Below are positions 1-12,760 of a DNA stretch of 64,000 bases, piece by piece. Every line of letters begins with the position of its first letter. Position 1 is the first letter of the stretch. Location of the stretch: the NCBI GenBank assembly GCA_030265395.1, contig JARFYF010000050.1, forward strand, positions 16,623,813 to 16,687,812. The letters run 5' to 3'. Under the pieces are notes generated by a model, which did not search any database, was not told the origin of the DNA, and saw only the letters and a list, made by a program, of their open reading frames with translations. The DNA comes from Rhina ancylostomus. Its lineage: Eukaryota. Both the position numbers and the translations under genes were made by a program.

Positions 1-160
1 ATCACCTTAAAAATTATGCCCCCTCATGTTAGCCATTTTCACCGTGGGAAAAAGTCTCTGACTGTCCACTTGATCTAAGTCTCATCATCTTGTACCCCTC
101 TTTCAAGTTGCCTCACATCCTCCTTCACTCCAAAGAGAAAAGCCCTAGTTCATTCAACCA
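1..160 (-). mobile_element. CR1/HER1-type LINE 3' fragment
   Basis: Reverse complement resembles the CR1 RT C-terminal region seen at 20030-20190 and 35710-35880. Confidence 0.7.
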
Positions 161-2679
161 TGGAACTGTGGAGGAAAGTTGAGTCAGTGGACTTATTCAG
201 TAATACCTATGTTCTATTTTGCACACTTGTCCCTCAAATGCTGCAACTTAAGAGATGATGAGAGCTTGTTGCAAGATTACCTTTATGGTGTGCTGGTAAT
301 AACTATATCTTTTACATTCTAGGAGTACCACTTATGCCACCTTGAAGGAATTTTTTTAAGCTTTTGATTCAGAAAACACAATATTAAAAAAAAATGGGGG
401 CTCTCCTTATTTGGATTCATCAGTTTGAAAATCTGTGGTCATGGTGTTGCTTGTCATACCATACAATGCATTGAGAGCTTGGGGTTGTCGGATACAGATA
501 AGTTATGCACCTTGATCTGATCAGTATAACTTTGTACTGCAACAACTGAATCTTAAAAGCAGAGTTCATATTTTATTCTTTCTTTCCTCTATGAATTCTA
601 CAATTGGATTTTTTGTGCATAAGAAAGAAATTATATTAATCTTATGGTATATGCAGACCATTCTTTTCACTCTTGTTTTTCTTTAGTCTGTATCACCACT
701 CTTGTTAGTGACACCTTGCTCATATTACATTTAATTCTCAATGTATGTTAAATTGAAATACTTATCACTCATCCCTGCTGCGACAATTGATATTGCAGCT
801 GGTGTTTAAGGATGAATTGCTTTTAGAATGTTGATTGAGAGCGCCAGATACACCAGTGAAATTCAGATATTTTCACATCTGGTTTAAATGGGAAAGTTTG
901 TGTTTGGAAAGTGCTAATACCCAAATATTAACACTCATCTATATTAATACCACATTATTATATAGATGTGCTTTATAATAATGTTATACAATTACAAACT
1001 CAATTTCAATACAGATTTATCAACCATTTTGGCATAATTCTAATTACTTTCTCATTAGACATTTCCTAATTGGCAGGTGGATTTGGGAGACAAGTAATGC
1101 TGGGACTTTCAGAAGTTTCTATGTAGCAGTCTGTTTTAGAAAGCCCACTCTGTAACAATCAGCTAACGGAGAAATCTTTATAAAACTTCATTACTCTGAT
1201 TTCTTTTTAAATAAGTGCCCTCAGAAAAAAGTATGGTTTTATTGCCAGTTAAGATTTATTGAATCTTGGTTGGTATGTCACCTAACTTGCACTTCTCAAA
1301 GCCATTCATAATCCATGAAGTCAAACTTGGGTGTGGCTGAACCAGGCTATTAAATTTATGGGAATTTAAATAGCATTATATTTATGAAAATTGGCAATGC
1401 TTAAAACTATAAATTAAAATATATCATGTTACAATTTATAAAGGAATTGTTAAAAGAAAACCATGGCTTTATGGCATATTATTTACTGTGATTTTCTGTT
1501 TCCTGCTTTGAAAGCCAGATGTTTCTCTTGGCTTAGCAATTGCTATATTTCTGCCAGAAAGCAGTCAACTGTTTTTATGACAGCTGAGTTCCAGCTCTTG
1601 TTTCATTTTCCAACACGGAAGTGCCATCCATGCAGAAAACCGTTGCAAAATACATTGACACATGCATTAAGATATAGCTTTGGGGTGGGGGCGGGAGGAA
1701 ATCCAGCTGATGGACTGCTGAGTCCACTGAAAGTAATGAGATTTTTTACCTTGTATCCACCCACAATTGCAATTTTAAATTATGCTTTTGATCAAAGGAA
1801 ACTTGCATGGCTGGAAGGATTTTAAATTCTGCCAGTTGTAGATTTTAATAATTTTGGATTTTAAAAAAATATGCATCTCATGCAATAGCAGAAGTAAGTC
1901 CAGGCTGTAAACCAATCCTGTTCAGCAGATGAATTACAGAGGCACATTGTTACTGGGCATTAACATTACTGATGGTTTCAGATGGTTCCTTAAATAAGAC
2001 CAAAGTAGGAGCATTTTGTGAATGTTTGAATTCAAGATTGATTGTTGGCCACTAACTTTTTGCAAGGGATTAATTATTATTGTAAAACACAATGTTTTAA
2101 GCTTTACCTTTTGAGGTGATTTTTTTTGATGTCAGATGGACCTCTGGATTATAAAAATAGTGTAGATAGAAAGAAAAACTATTTTCTTTCTACAATGAAC
2201 ATGAAAGTTGAAGATAAGAAAATGTTACTACTTTATAAATACATTTTATTTATAAAGTGGAAAATCATTCTCTCTTTGTGCTTTCTTCTGGTATCTCAAA
2301 AAGCACTTGTACATCTTTTAACATGTACCAGCAATGCTTCAACACTCCAGCTGCCAGCTTGGATGTGAGTGTTGCCGTGTTATTTTACCCACATCTCTTC
2401 CTGTTAACTTTGACTTTTCATTTGACAGTGTCAAAGAGTGGAAATACTTAGACATGGAATATCTGCTGAGGTGCTTGCTGCTTCCTCAATTAAGCTGGCT
2501 CCAGGCTAATCAATGACCTTTTCCCATTGTAAATGGCAACTTTTGTCCATGGAATGAGTTTGACAGCTGGTTAGGCCCCGGGCTGTGCTGAGGAGTGTTT
2601 TGTGCAAGGCCTTTATTATCCGCACTGTACAGTATGACACTGAAACCTGAACTCTACTTCAGTCAAGAAATGGGATTAA

Positions 2680-3075
2680 GTAGCTTTCACATTACAATAC
2701 CTGAGATATACTCTCAACATAGTTTGGAAGGATAGTGTTCCAAATTCTGGTGGCTTGGGTAAATGATTAAAGAATTCCCAAAGACTATGGAGAACTAGCT
2801 TTGGGGAAAGGCCAGTTGGGTGCCCACAATTGACATCTAAAAGAAGAACCTGAAGGTGCTAGATGACAAGATGGACGTCCAGTGTGCAAGGCAGCCGCTC
2901 TGGCTCACGTTCAGTTGAGCTACAAACTTTGCAAAAGTCTCCATTAAAGCGAAGAGCAGAAACTCTTCCTACCGGAGAGAAAAAACAACACAGAAATGTT
3001 GTTGTCCACCTTCATGTACAGCATGGATTCCCATGTGTGCGGGCTTTTATAGCCATTGCACATGCTGCTGTCCAA
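2680..3075 (+). mobile_element. Decayed RTE-clade LINE 3' fragment
   Basis: Frameshifted LRxILxIxWxDxV and PKDxxYGELAxGKRPxGxP motifs. Confidence 0.55.
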
Positions 3076-3635
3076 AAGAGTGAGAACCTAAAGAAGGCAC
3101 CTCATGTTTCCCAGCATTGATTCAAAGAAATTGAATCAATGTTAATGTCTCTGACAAAAATTGAAAATTAAACATGCTAGTAACTTTTTTAAATTAATTT
3201 TTTGTTTTAAGACAATTTATAACATTTAAGCACTTTCTGGAAAAAAACTAAATGCATTTAAGTTAGCTCAAATGTCCTATACTTATCCTTTGCCCGTTCT
3301 TATCTTTTTAAATAAATGGGCTTGTTCTTGCACCAGGTCTAACCAGATTAGAGTCTCAAACTTCAGCATGGTTACAAAGCTTAAAAGTTGGTAATTCTAC
3401 AAGGACCTGCTAGCTTTTAATGAAAAATTGGACTGTAATTTTTGTACTTTTCCTGTCCATGGTTATGATCAAATTTATTTATTAGGTTCTCATCGCAGCC
3501 TTGCCTATTAAGGTGGGGGGGGGGGGAAGGAAGCATTTATATTTAGTAGATTTATAATCATCTTCTAACTGTTTGTATAAGAAGCTTAATGACCTTTTAA
3601 AGTTGTCAAAAGGCCACCAGTGTGGTCTGCAGCAC

Positions 3636-3717
3636 GGCTCTGGGTCTGCACCCTGAGGCCTAGATGGTGCTTGCAAGGCTCTGGGTCTGCACCCTGAGGC
3701 CTAGATGGTGCTTGCAA
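3636..3717 (+). repeat. Perfect 41-bp tandem duplication
   Basis: ggctctgggtctgcaccctgaggcctagatggtgcttgcaa at 3636-3676 and 3677-3717. Confidence 0.97.
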
Positions 3718-3889
3718 AGTGCTGCTCAGCAAAGCCTAAAGAAAGCATAGTGTGGGATAGCACCAGCGATAGCATTATTTTGCTATTTGGACATTTTTGT
3801 CTTAGTTTTTAGCAAATGAGGTGCTCATTTAACTTGGTACCTTGGTTCATTTTGAGTCATGGATTTCCTTGTGCTCACTTGAGATGGTA

Positions 3890-4045
3890 AATGAAGTCTT
3901 CAATTAACATCTTCCTGAAAGAGCAGTACCTTTGTCAGTGCAGTGCTGATTAGTATCAAACAGAAGTGTCAGGCTAGGCCATTTACTTGAACCTACTGAT
4001 TCGAAGGTGAGGGAAGACTACAACTGTCCCAAAACTGATACAGTT
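3890..4045 (-). mobile_element. Ancient Deu-domain SINE relic (SacSINE1-like)
   Basis: Minus strand ctgacacttctg...cactgcactgacaaaggtactgctctttcaggaagatgttaa resembles the recalled Deu-SINE head/core. Confidence 0.5.
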
Positions 4046-4459
4046 GAGTTTCTGCTGTCCAATGACCTCTGAATAATTGTTTTAAGTAAAGGATTTGAAT
4101 CTACAGAAGATTAGATGATGAATAAAAGGTGGTAGGTTTCATATGTAAATTTGTCTTAGCTTTATTTGTTTTCTTCTTTAAAAGTAATTGTGGAAAATAT
4201 TATTTGATTTATAAAATGAAATTGAAAATGCTACTGATTTGCATTTACTCAGAAGTGATTAGAGTGTGGTCTGTTCTGCTTTGGAATAGTAGCAAATCTA
4301 GTCTTTCCTGTCTCTCTGGAACCAGTTTCAGTGCAATCCAATTCTGCAACTCCAGAGCTGATTTTGCTCTTGAACTTGGCAACATGATACACTTTTGGAG
4401 GCTATCTTGTGTTATTTCTGTTTGAAACAGTGCAGTAGAATTCAAACTGGTTATAAAAA

Positions 4460-4630
4460 CAAAAAACAGAAAAGGCTGGAAATACTCAGCAGGTCAAGCC
4501 GCATTTGTGGGAAGGGAAACAGTTAACGTTTCAGGTCAAAGACCCTTCATTGGAACCAGATGCGGCCTGACCTATGAGTATTTCCAGCATTTCTATTTTT
4601 ATTTTAGATTTGCAGCATTTGCAGTTTTTA
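4460..4630. mobile_element. Penelope-type terminal hairpin element
   Basis: Inverted arms at ~4462-4506 and ~4557-4600 (gctggaaatactcagcaggtca / tgacctatgagtatttccagc). Relatives at 21300-21560, 43905-44065, 55035-55110, 61855-61962 and 63056-63345. Confidence 0.65.
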
Positions 4631-5156
4631 TTTAATTGTCATTTGGTTATAAAAACACTGGTGCTAATTTCAAGAGATGAATTCAAAGTTAGGCAGTCAT
4701 GTAGGTAGCTAAAGTACCTATGCAGCCTTGTGTTAATACATCATAAAATACATACATACAGTTAAATTCTGATTATCTGGCATTTGATTTATTAGGAAAT
4801 CCCGGTGGTCCAGCATTTGGTTCACTCATCAGTCCAGAATGTGAGGGTCCAGAGCACAAGTGGGCGTACAGCTAGGGCTGGGATCTAGTTTTACTTGAAA
4901 TTGAAATGAATTNNNNNNNNNNNNNNNNNNATATGTAAAAAAAATTACATCAAATTGGGTGTTAGTCAAATCTTAATGTACCTTAAATTAATCTTTACTG
5001 ATATTCAAATGTTTCTTGTTTTTTTAAAAAAAATCCTCCAATTTCATAGTTAAAAGTTAATTGGTTATTAACCATTGATCTATTAACTGCTAGAAATTTT
5101 GAATCTGCAGCTTTCAGAGTAGAATACTATATAGTTTTATGTTTGAATTTCTTCAG

Positions 5157-5310
5157 ATTATTCTCTGGATTGGTCTCATTATTCTGGTGATCAGCACATT
5201 TTCTACTCTGACCGCAACAAGTGACCAACTGGTAACACCTGAAAAGTCACCTCAGGACATTAACCATGAGAAGTTACAAAATGACATTAACGTGCAGCAG
5301 AAAATCTCAG
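5157..5310 (+). CDS. SLC38A10: SLC38A10 internal exon: last TM helix and start of the C-terminal tail
   Basis: tttcttcag acceptor and CAG|GTAAGT donor; phase 0 to 1. Encodes IILWIGLIILVISTFSTLTATSDQ...QQKIS, resembling recalled human VVLWVGLGVLVVSTVTTLS. Upstream exons lie outside the window. Confidence 0.93.
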
Positions 5311-7324
5311 GTAAGTGTGGGAGAGGAGAGGGAGAGACCTTGGTGGTTGTGAAGTGTTTAAACCCTTTGTGATCAATTCAAGTGTTGGGAAGAATGAGCA
5401 ATTTATATGGAAGAGTGTTGCAGTTTAGCAGTTTTGGAACTTATTGAATTGAACGTAATTTATTTAGGACAGAAATTGTAATACATACTCTGGGAATACC
5501 AAGTCTGTGAAGGAAAATTAGTGGGATTTTGATTCATTGATTATTTACGGTTTCTGACAAAACTATTTTATGATTGAACTGAATGAATGGGACTGCCTAC
5601 AAAGAAATGAGAGAAACTGTACCTGAAAACTGTTGATGAATGAAACATTATTGACAAGGATGTCATCTTTGATAATAAATTGAAGATTTTTAAAAACTGA
5701 TGGTCATGATTCATCTCTCAAATGCCTCTCCTCCCCACAAGCAACTTTGTTGATAATGCATCCATGTACATTAATTGTTCAAGCCAGTATTTGTTAATGA
5801 TATGCAATCTTTGAGATGAGAAGAGAAAAACAAATGGCTGTGTGACTGTGGGGAAGGGGCAGTGTGAAACAGCTGATTAATATATTGACTGAACCGAAAG
5901 AGTGGATCCAATGAACTCTTTAAAAATGTTTGTTTTCCTGTCATTGCAAGTATTGCATGATACATTGAAGTTACTGAACTTATTCTGGCATCAATTGCTA
6001 ACCACAATTTTAATCTTCCAGAACTAATCCTAGATTTTCATCATTTTAAGCAGCCTGCACTGAGCAGTGTTTCAATTTAAATAAGACTTGTTACAATTTT
6101 ATGTACAATATTCTCTCTCAAATATTCACTAGCAATTTCTGTTCCATGCACATATGGCCTGAAACTGCTAGTTTTGTCTTTTGTAAACTTGTATGACCTG
6201 ATGATAGTTCCATACTTGCAGTTTACAGGATTAAATATAATTTCATGGTATGTGGCAACACTGTGGACTTGTGAACATTTTACAAGGTAATAAGTATTAT
6301 TTTTTCAGATTTTTAGTTCATTTAAGTGAAACCAAAAATAAGAAGTTTACAGACATAAAAGCAAGCGGAACAAAAAAGCTGTAATGGATCACCTATTATT
6401 TGAAAATGCTTTTAGCTGCAGAAAGAAAATCCTAGAATGTTCAGGAATGGCAAGTGATTTTACTTTAAATCATAATGAAGTGTATTTAATGTAACTATAC
6501 AGACAATGCAATGGGGTACTTTGATAATTCCAGGCATTGGAAAATATTCATGAACAATTTTAGATACATAGATTTAAATTTCCTAACTCGAAGTCAAATT
6601 CACAGACTTGAATGTTATTGCATCCTTAAATTGGCAATGCTGGACTGGTACATGTGCAAGTGTATGCAAATCATAAGCAATGTAAAATTTGCATCTTTAA
6701 TTAGAAGCTTACATTTTTCTCTGCCAATTTTCACTCACTTTATGGCCTAAATTTTCTAGTCAGCAGCAAGCCAACTCGCAACTAATCAGCCAGCCAAGAA
6801 ATAAGTTACCTAATTTGCATCAGATTTGAATTTGTTGGACAAAAGCATCCAGATCTTTAGTGAGTTGCTAAACTTAACGATGTAGGTAAGGCATCACTCT
6901 TGGATTCAGAAACATTCAAAAACACTCAGACTGTTGCAAATTAATTAATAAACAAAAATGAAGAGATTTAAAATAACTATTTAACAATTCAGTTCAAAAG
7001 AAGTAAATCTAATAGTTGCCTCTTCCCCTACAGCAGTTCCTCTCAATTGAATGGAGATGGAATCTGGCATGGCTTTCTAAGGCAGCATCTGCAGTTTAAG
7101 TCCTGGGGAGTTGTTGCAACTTTGTGCTCTGACACTGAATTACATGTTGGACACTTGATGGGGGCATAATTGGGAAAATGTCAGCATTTTGATTTCCAGT
7201 ATTTCCTGAAAAATTCATGCCTATGAGTATCAAATAAAGTAGTTGTCTAAAGTGGAACCATACTTCGTCGATGATAAAACTTGGAAGAGGCATAAATAAG
7301 ATAGCCAAATCATCTGAAGTTGGG

Positions 7325-7642
7325 TGTGCAACAATGGTGCAGCTAGTAGTGCTGCTCCCTCACAGCTCCAGCAACTCGTGTTCGATCCTGACCTCTGTAT
7401 GTGTGGAGTTTGCACATTCTCCCTGTGACTGCATGGGTTTCCTCCTATGTCCCAAAGATGTGCAAGTCGGTGGGTAAACTGGCCGCTGTAAATTGCCCTT
7501 GATATGTTGGAGTGGTAGAATCTGGGAGGAGTTGATGGAAATGTGGGGATAAAATGAGTTAGTTTATATGGTTGCTTGACAGGCAGTGAAGACTTTTGTG
7601 GGCCATTAGCTGAAGGACCTGTTTCTGAGCTGTATGACTCTG
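7325..7642 (+). mobile_element. HE1-like tRNA-derived V-SINE
   Basis: A/B boxes (tggtgcagctag, gttcgatcc), V-domain tgtggagtttgcacattctccctgtg, CR1-like tail. Confidence 0.85.
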
Positions 7643-8689
7643 AAATTGTTAAACTTGTTATTGTTGAACTTGGAAGGCTGCATTATGATTTACTGAAAGA
7701 TAAACTGTTGTTCCTGAAGTTTACATTGAGTTTCATTGGAATAAAATAAAGGTATATAAGAGATTGAAAGTAATCAGTAACATGTAGGTTATCAGTAAAC
7801 CATTGTGTAACGTTCAGTTAGAAATCTTGAGATTGAGTAAATTTCTATTAAAAATAATGATTTAGTCTGGAATAACCAGGATTTGTTAAAAATCTATCTG
7901 ATTTTGTTCTTTAATTGCCAGTTTTTGTTGTCTATTTGGATCTGAGGTGAAATGTGTGCTGCAGTCTGTATAATTTGTTGTTAATTTGTGCACCAATAAA
8001 CAATTAGTACATCAGTATTAAATATTTACCATGCAGTTTTAAGTTTATAAATTAATTAATACACAAAGAATGGTTCTAAGATTAAAAATGATAAGAACAC
8101 AATGAATATTTTGTGTTGCCTTTACTTCCTTCCTTGAAGGTTGTATAGTTGTTATTCCCAAGTGAAGTTTGTGTGTTTTTTCATTGGCCTAGTTTTATAA
8201 AACGATGACCTTGATATTGACATTAGTGAAGGATAAGATGCTTTATCGCTCTCTCTCGCATCTGAGTTTTAATTTCCTTCAGTAAACAGTGGAGTAGGTA
8301 CACAGATGATGAATGATAGGGAAATTCCTTTCTAAACATGAGCATTAGAGTGAAAGGTCCACTCAAAAATGGGATTATCTGCAGCCATTATGTTGCATTC
8401 ATGAAAGAAAGTGAATCATGCAGATTATGCTTTTGGTATTTTTGTGCAAGCCTTTTCCCTTTTGATAGGCATTTGTTCTGGAGGTGAAGGAGTGACTTAT
8501 ATTTTGTGGTAGCGGTTTTCATTTGTTGTTTGATTCACAAGTGCACTTTTAACCCCTGTGAAACTGTTCAAAGCAAAATTTACCTTGCCAACAGTATGAA
8601 ACGTTATGGCTGTTTTGCTACATATGTAACAATTAAATATCCACAAATTGATTTATGCTTGTACATGCACAGGCTAATTTTGATTGAAG

Positions 8690-9035
8690 CATACAAAAAC
8701 CTGAGGGTCCTGACTGAAGAGATGTTACCTTTTGTTGGATTATCTAGAACTAGAAGTTGCTATCATAAAAATAAGGGGTCACCCACTTAAAATGGGTGTG
8801 GCTTTTTTTCCCCCTGAGGGTTGTGAGTCTTTGAAAGTCTTGCTCTCAAAGATAAGTGGCGGCAGAATTTTTGAATATTTTTAAGGTAGAGATCAATAAG
8901 CAAGAGGGTGAAAGGTTATTGCAGAGGGCAGGAATATAGAGTTGACGTTGCAATCAGAACAGCCATGGTCATCTTGAATGGTGGAATGGGTTTGAGGGGC
9001 CGATTGACCTACTCCTTATTCATGTGTTCATATGT
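8690..9035 (+). mobile_element. CR1 LINE 3' end
   Basis: Decayed LIEAYK...SRTR motif and a cagccatg...gaatggtgga...gaggggccga tail. Confidence 0.75.
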
Positions 9036-9523
9036 ACTTGTTTTGAAGAGTCTGGGTTTGTGGTAATCTCCAAATGCAACAAATCAAAATGATTTCAAAG
9101 TAAGAAAAAGTCACTTAACAGAAGGATTCACCGAAATTATGCTCTGGAAAAGACTGCCAATTCCAAATTTTGATCTGGCTGATTTTAGAAAAGTTGCTTG
9201 CTCTTCATATATGACTTGATCTATGTCAGTGCAGGTTTTGAAGTTGCAATAATAGTTTAACCTCATAATTCACTCATTTCAGAATAATCAAATTTTGGAT
9301 ATCCCACCCTAAAATCATAACGTAAATTCTGGTGTTTTGTTTTGCTTTGTTACTATATTTCCATCAGTTTACTAATGACACAGCAGATTGAAATACTGCT
9401 TTTAGTCACAGAATTTCATTTCTGAAATATTCAGGAAACAGATGAATTTTTTTTAATTTATTACTGTACATCATCTCAATTCTTTTGATGTTCCAATAGC
9501 CATTGCATATTTCAGGTTTGGAG

Positions 9524-9800
9524 ACCTTGTGTAGCATTTAGCATAATGCTATTACAGCACTAATGACGCTGGTTCAATTCCGGCTGCTGTCTGTAAGGAG
9601 TTTGTACGTTCTCTCAGTGTCTGCATGGGTTTCCTCTGGGTGTTCCGGTTTCCTTCCACATTCCAAAGATGTAGGAGTTAGGAAACTGTGGGCGTGCTAT
9701 GTTGGCATCTGAAGCGTGGCAACACTTGCGCACTGTCGCCCAGCACATTCTCTGCAAAGACTCATTTCACTGTGTTTTGATGTACATGTGACTAATAAGG
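9524..9800 (+). mobile_element. V-SINE subfamily with a different 3' tail
   Basis: ggttcaattcc B box and V-domain ggagtttgtacgttctc...gggtttcctctgggtgttccgg; tail catttcactgtg...gtacatgtgactaataa. Confidence 0.8.
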
Positions 9801-10944
9801 AATTATTATTATTCAAAATTTGCACAAAAGAACGATGTCTACACAATAGACCTAGGTCTAGGGCACCAGCTTCAACAAAAGCCTGTCAGCAAGGTCTTTT
9901 TAAGCAGGTGCTATGTGACCCAGCCTTGACCTTCACCATCTGTGTCCTGTTTTTCCTGATGTAAAAATACTCCAATTCTATATTCAAAAGAGCAAATGTA
10001 AAACATGCATCTTGGGGATTATCTTAACATTGGGGCTGTCACAATAATTGATTACCAAATTAACTAGTCCTGATGAGATAAAATATTGATTATCTTTAGC
10101 ATAATGGTAATGTTTAATGTGATAATTGTATGAGCTGTGGCAGTAATTGTCACTATGTTAATTGTCCAAATCCTTTCATGTGGCTTATCCTGACTTTCTC
10201 AGATGGGAATCGTGTGCTCTTCTAATAGAAGAACAAAAAAGTACTTGCACTGAGTCTCATTTTGGTATGGAAGTTTGCAGTGATTTCTAGTTTTCAATAA
10301 TTTGTCTACCTTCGTCCCCTTCATAATATGATGAAAGAGTGCTTTGAATATTTCTACTTAACCATAAGTACTTCCATTACTATGGCAAGAATCAATCAAG
10401 TACTACTATTCATTTTTATGTTTATATTGCCATCAGAAATGCTTCTTTGATTGTCTTAAATGGTTAACATTTTGGTGTTGGAAATAGTCATGACAGAAGT
10501 TATGTATGAACCCAGTGACCATGTATCTTTCCTTATAGTTGTAGAGTTAAAAACAAAATAGTTGCAATTGTGAATAAGATCTCGTATGCTTTAAAATGTA
10601 TGAGTATTGAACTACCATATGTGAAACAGCTATAAGTTTTGGTTTACTGTCTCCCATTGTTTTGAAAGTCCAAAAAAACTTCTTTAATCTCGCCTTAATT
10701 GCTCAATTTAAAACAAAGCCATTTTAAAACTGAGCTAAATAATATTTATCGCATAAAGTGGTGGAACAGAATGAGCCATCCCAATTTCTAAATTCTTAAC
10801 AGCTGTGACTTTAACAGAAATTCCCCCAGCCACCACACTACCTCCAATAATGCTGAAACAAATATTTTCAGTAATTACACCTGTAAGAGAACGTTATTTT
10901 ATAACATATGCTTTGAGAAGCCCTTATCCCTTCTGTGATATCAT

Positions 10945-11650
10945 AGAAAAATGAGCATGAAAGCTGATAAATCTCAAGGACTGATGTACATCCCAGAGTT
11001 TTACAAAAAGCGCTATGGAGATATGGAAGATCTAGTTATCTTCAAAATTCTATGGATTCTGTTTTAGTTTCTGGAGATTAGAAGGCAGTAAATGTGACCC
11101 TACTACTAAAGAAAGCAGGGAGAGAAAGTTTTTGGGAGGAAGAAAAGGGGAGCTGTCAACTTACGTAAGTACTCCACTTACGTAAATGTGACATATGTAA
11201 TTGGGAAAATATTGGAGTTTGTAATGTGTTGTCAGAAACATAGAAAATAATGATGTGATTGAACAGAATCAACATGAATTTATGATAGGGAAATTATGCT
11301 TGACTAATCTTTGGAGTTCTTAGGATGCATCTTGTAGAATGGATGAGGGGAAATTAGTAGCTACAATACATTTGAATTATAAGATTTTGATGAGGTCCTA
11401 CACAAGCTGGCAAACGATGTGAAATAAATTCACTCGGTGGTGATGGACCCTTAGAATTCTGTACCCTGGAGGGCTGAACTAGTTCAGTCATTGTTTGCAT
11501 TCAGAATTCAAGTTGATAATATCTGATCATTAGCAGAGAAAAGTGATCTGAGTACAGGGTTGGAAAATGGTATTTGGGATGGAAGATCAGCCATGATCTT
11601 GCTAAGCGGTGTAGCAGACACAAGGAGCCAAATGGCCTATTTCTGCTGTT
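10945..11650 (+). mobile_element. Decayed, internally deleted CR1 LINE
   Basis: Remnants of KSxGxDxxHPRVL, ANVTxLxKK, NQHxFxxGKxCLTNL and a CR1 3' tail. Confidence 0.75.
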
Positions 11651-11664
11651 CTCATTTCCTTTTG

Positions 11665-11985
11665 ACACGAGCAGACAACTCAGCCCACTGAGTCTATGCT
11701 AGCTCTGAGCAATCCCAATTCCCCTTATTTTCCAGTAAGCTATTATCTCTCGCATGCTTATCAAGTTCATCCTGATTCTTCTACCATCCACGTAATTTTA
11801 TGGTAACTTATCAACTTGCCATTCAGCACGACGTTTGAGAATTGGAAATAAACTGGAGTGTACAGGGGAAGTCATGCCATCACAGGGAGAACATGCAAAC
11901 CCAATGCAGACAGCACTGGAGATTGGGATTGTATCCAAGTCATTGGATCTTTGAGGCAGTGGTGCAACCTACTGTTCCACTACTT
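11665..11985 (-). mobile_element. HE1-like V-SINE
   Basis: cacagggagaacatgcaaac...cagacagcac is the reverse complement of the V-domain. Confidence 0.8.
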
Positions 11986-12439
11986 CTGTGTTCTGTTACT
12001 TTATTCCATAATTTTTGTTAGATTTGTTTTTGAAACTTAAAACAAAATCTGCTCTAAGTTTCAAAAACAAATTGTACTGTGTGCATCCCATATAAAATCT
12101 GCTTGAAAGCATCTTGTTAAACAGACCTAATATGTTAAAACTCAGTAATTTATGTAGATATACTTAGTATACCATAGTTATCTTAGACCAGTGTTATTTA
12201 TTGTACTGTATTTGTATGTTTACACAAACAACAACCATTTGAAAAGCTGTCATGAGAAGAAATAATTACCTATATAGAATATAGACCCATGGCTTCCTCA
12301 TTTTGTAAAAGTATATAGTCCTAAAGTGTGAAACAAATAATGTATGTAGCCTTCATGATAAACTCTTCATTCTTCATTTTCCTCAGCAGTGCTCTTTTGG
12401 CTTCTTAAAATTTGAGCTTCAACTATTTTTGATGTTTAA

Positions 12440-12760
12440 ATTAAATTGAATGCAGGATTCTCCTTCAAATGAAACATTAAACTAAAGCAGTGTATGCTTG
12501 TTCTCCTGGCTCAAGTAGAGCATTAAAGTACATGATACTGTTTGAAGCAGCATGCTTTCTTGGATCTCTCAACAATTCTGCTAACAACTGATTAATTCTA
12601 AGGTTTCATAGCATCTTCTATTTGGAAGTTTAATGTGTGCAAAATGGTTACTACGCTTGCCTGTACAAGACACTGCACTTCAAAGTAATTCATTGTATAT
12701 AAGCTATTGTCAGTTATTTCTGAGGAATGTAAGGAGCAAACTATATGGATATAAGTTTAT
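12440..12760 (+). mobile_element. Ancient Deu-domain SINE relic (SacSINE1-like)
   Basis: atgaaacattaaac...catgatactgtttgaagcag core and a cacttcaaagtaattcattg...ctgagg...ctatat tail. Confidence 0.5.

Noticed and set aside
1700-1740. ctgatggactgctgagtccactgaaa hammerhead-like hairpin
   Set aside because: The core is CUGAUGG, extra bases precede GAAA, and no stems I/III are evident.
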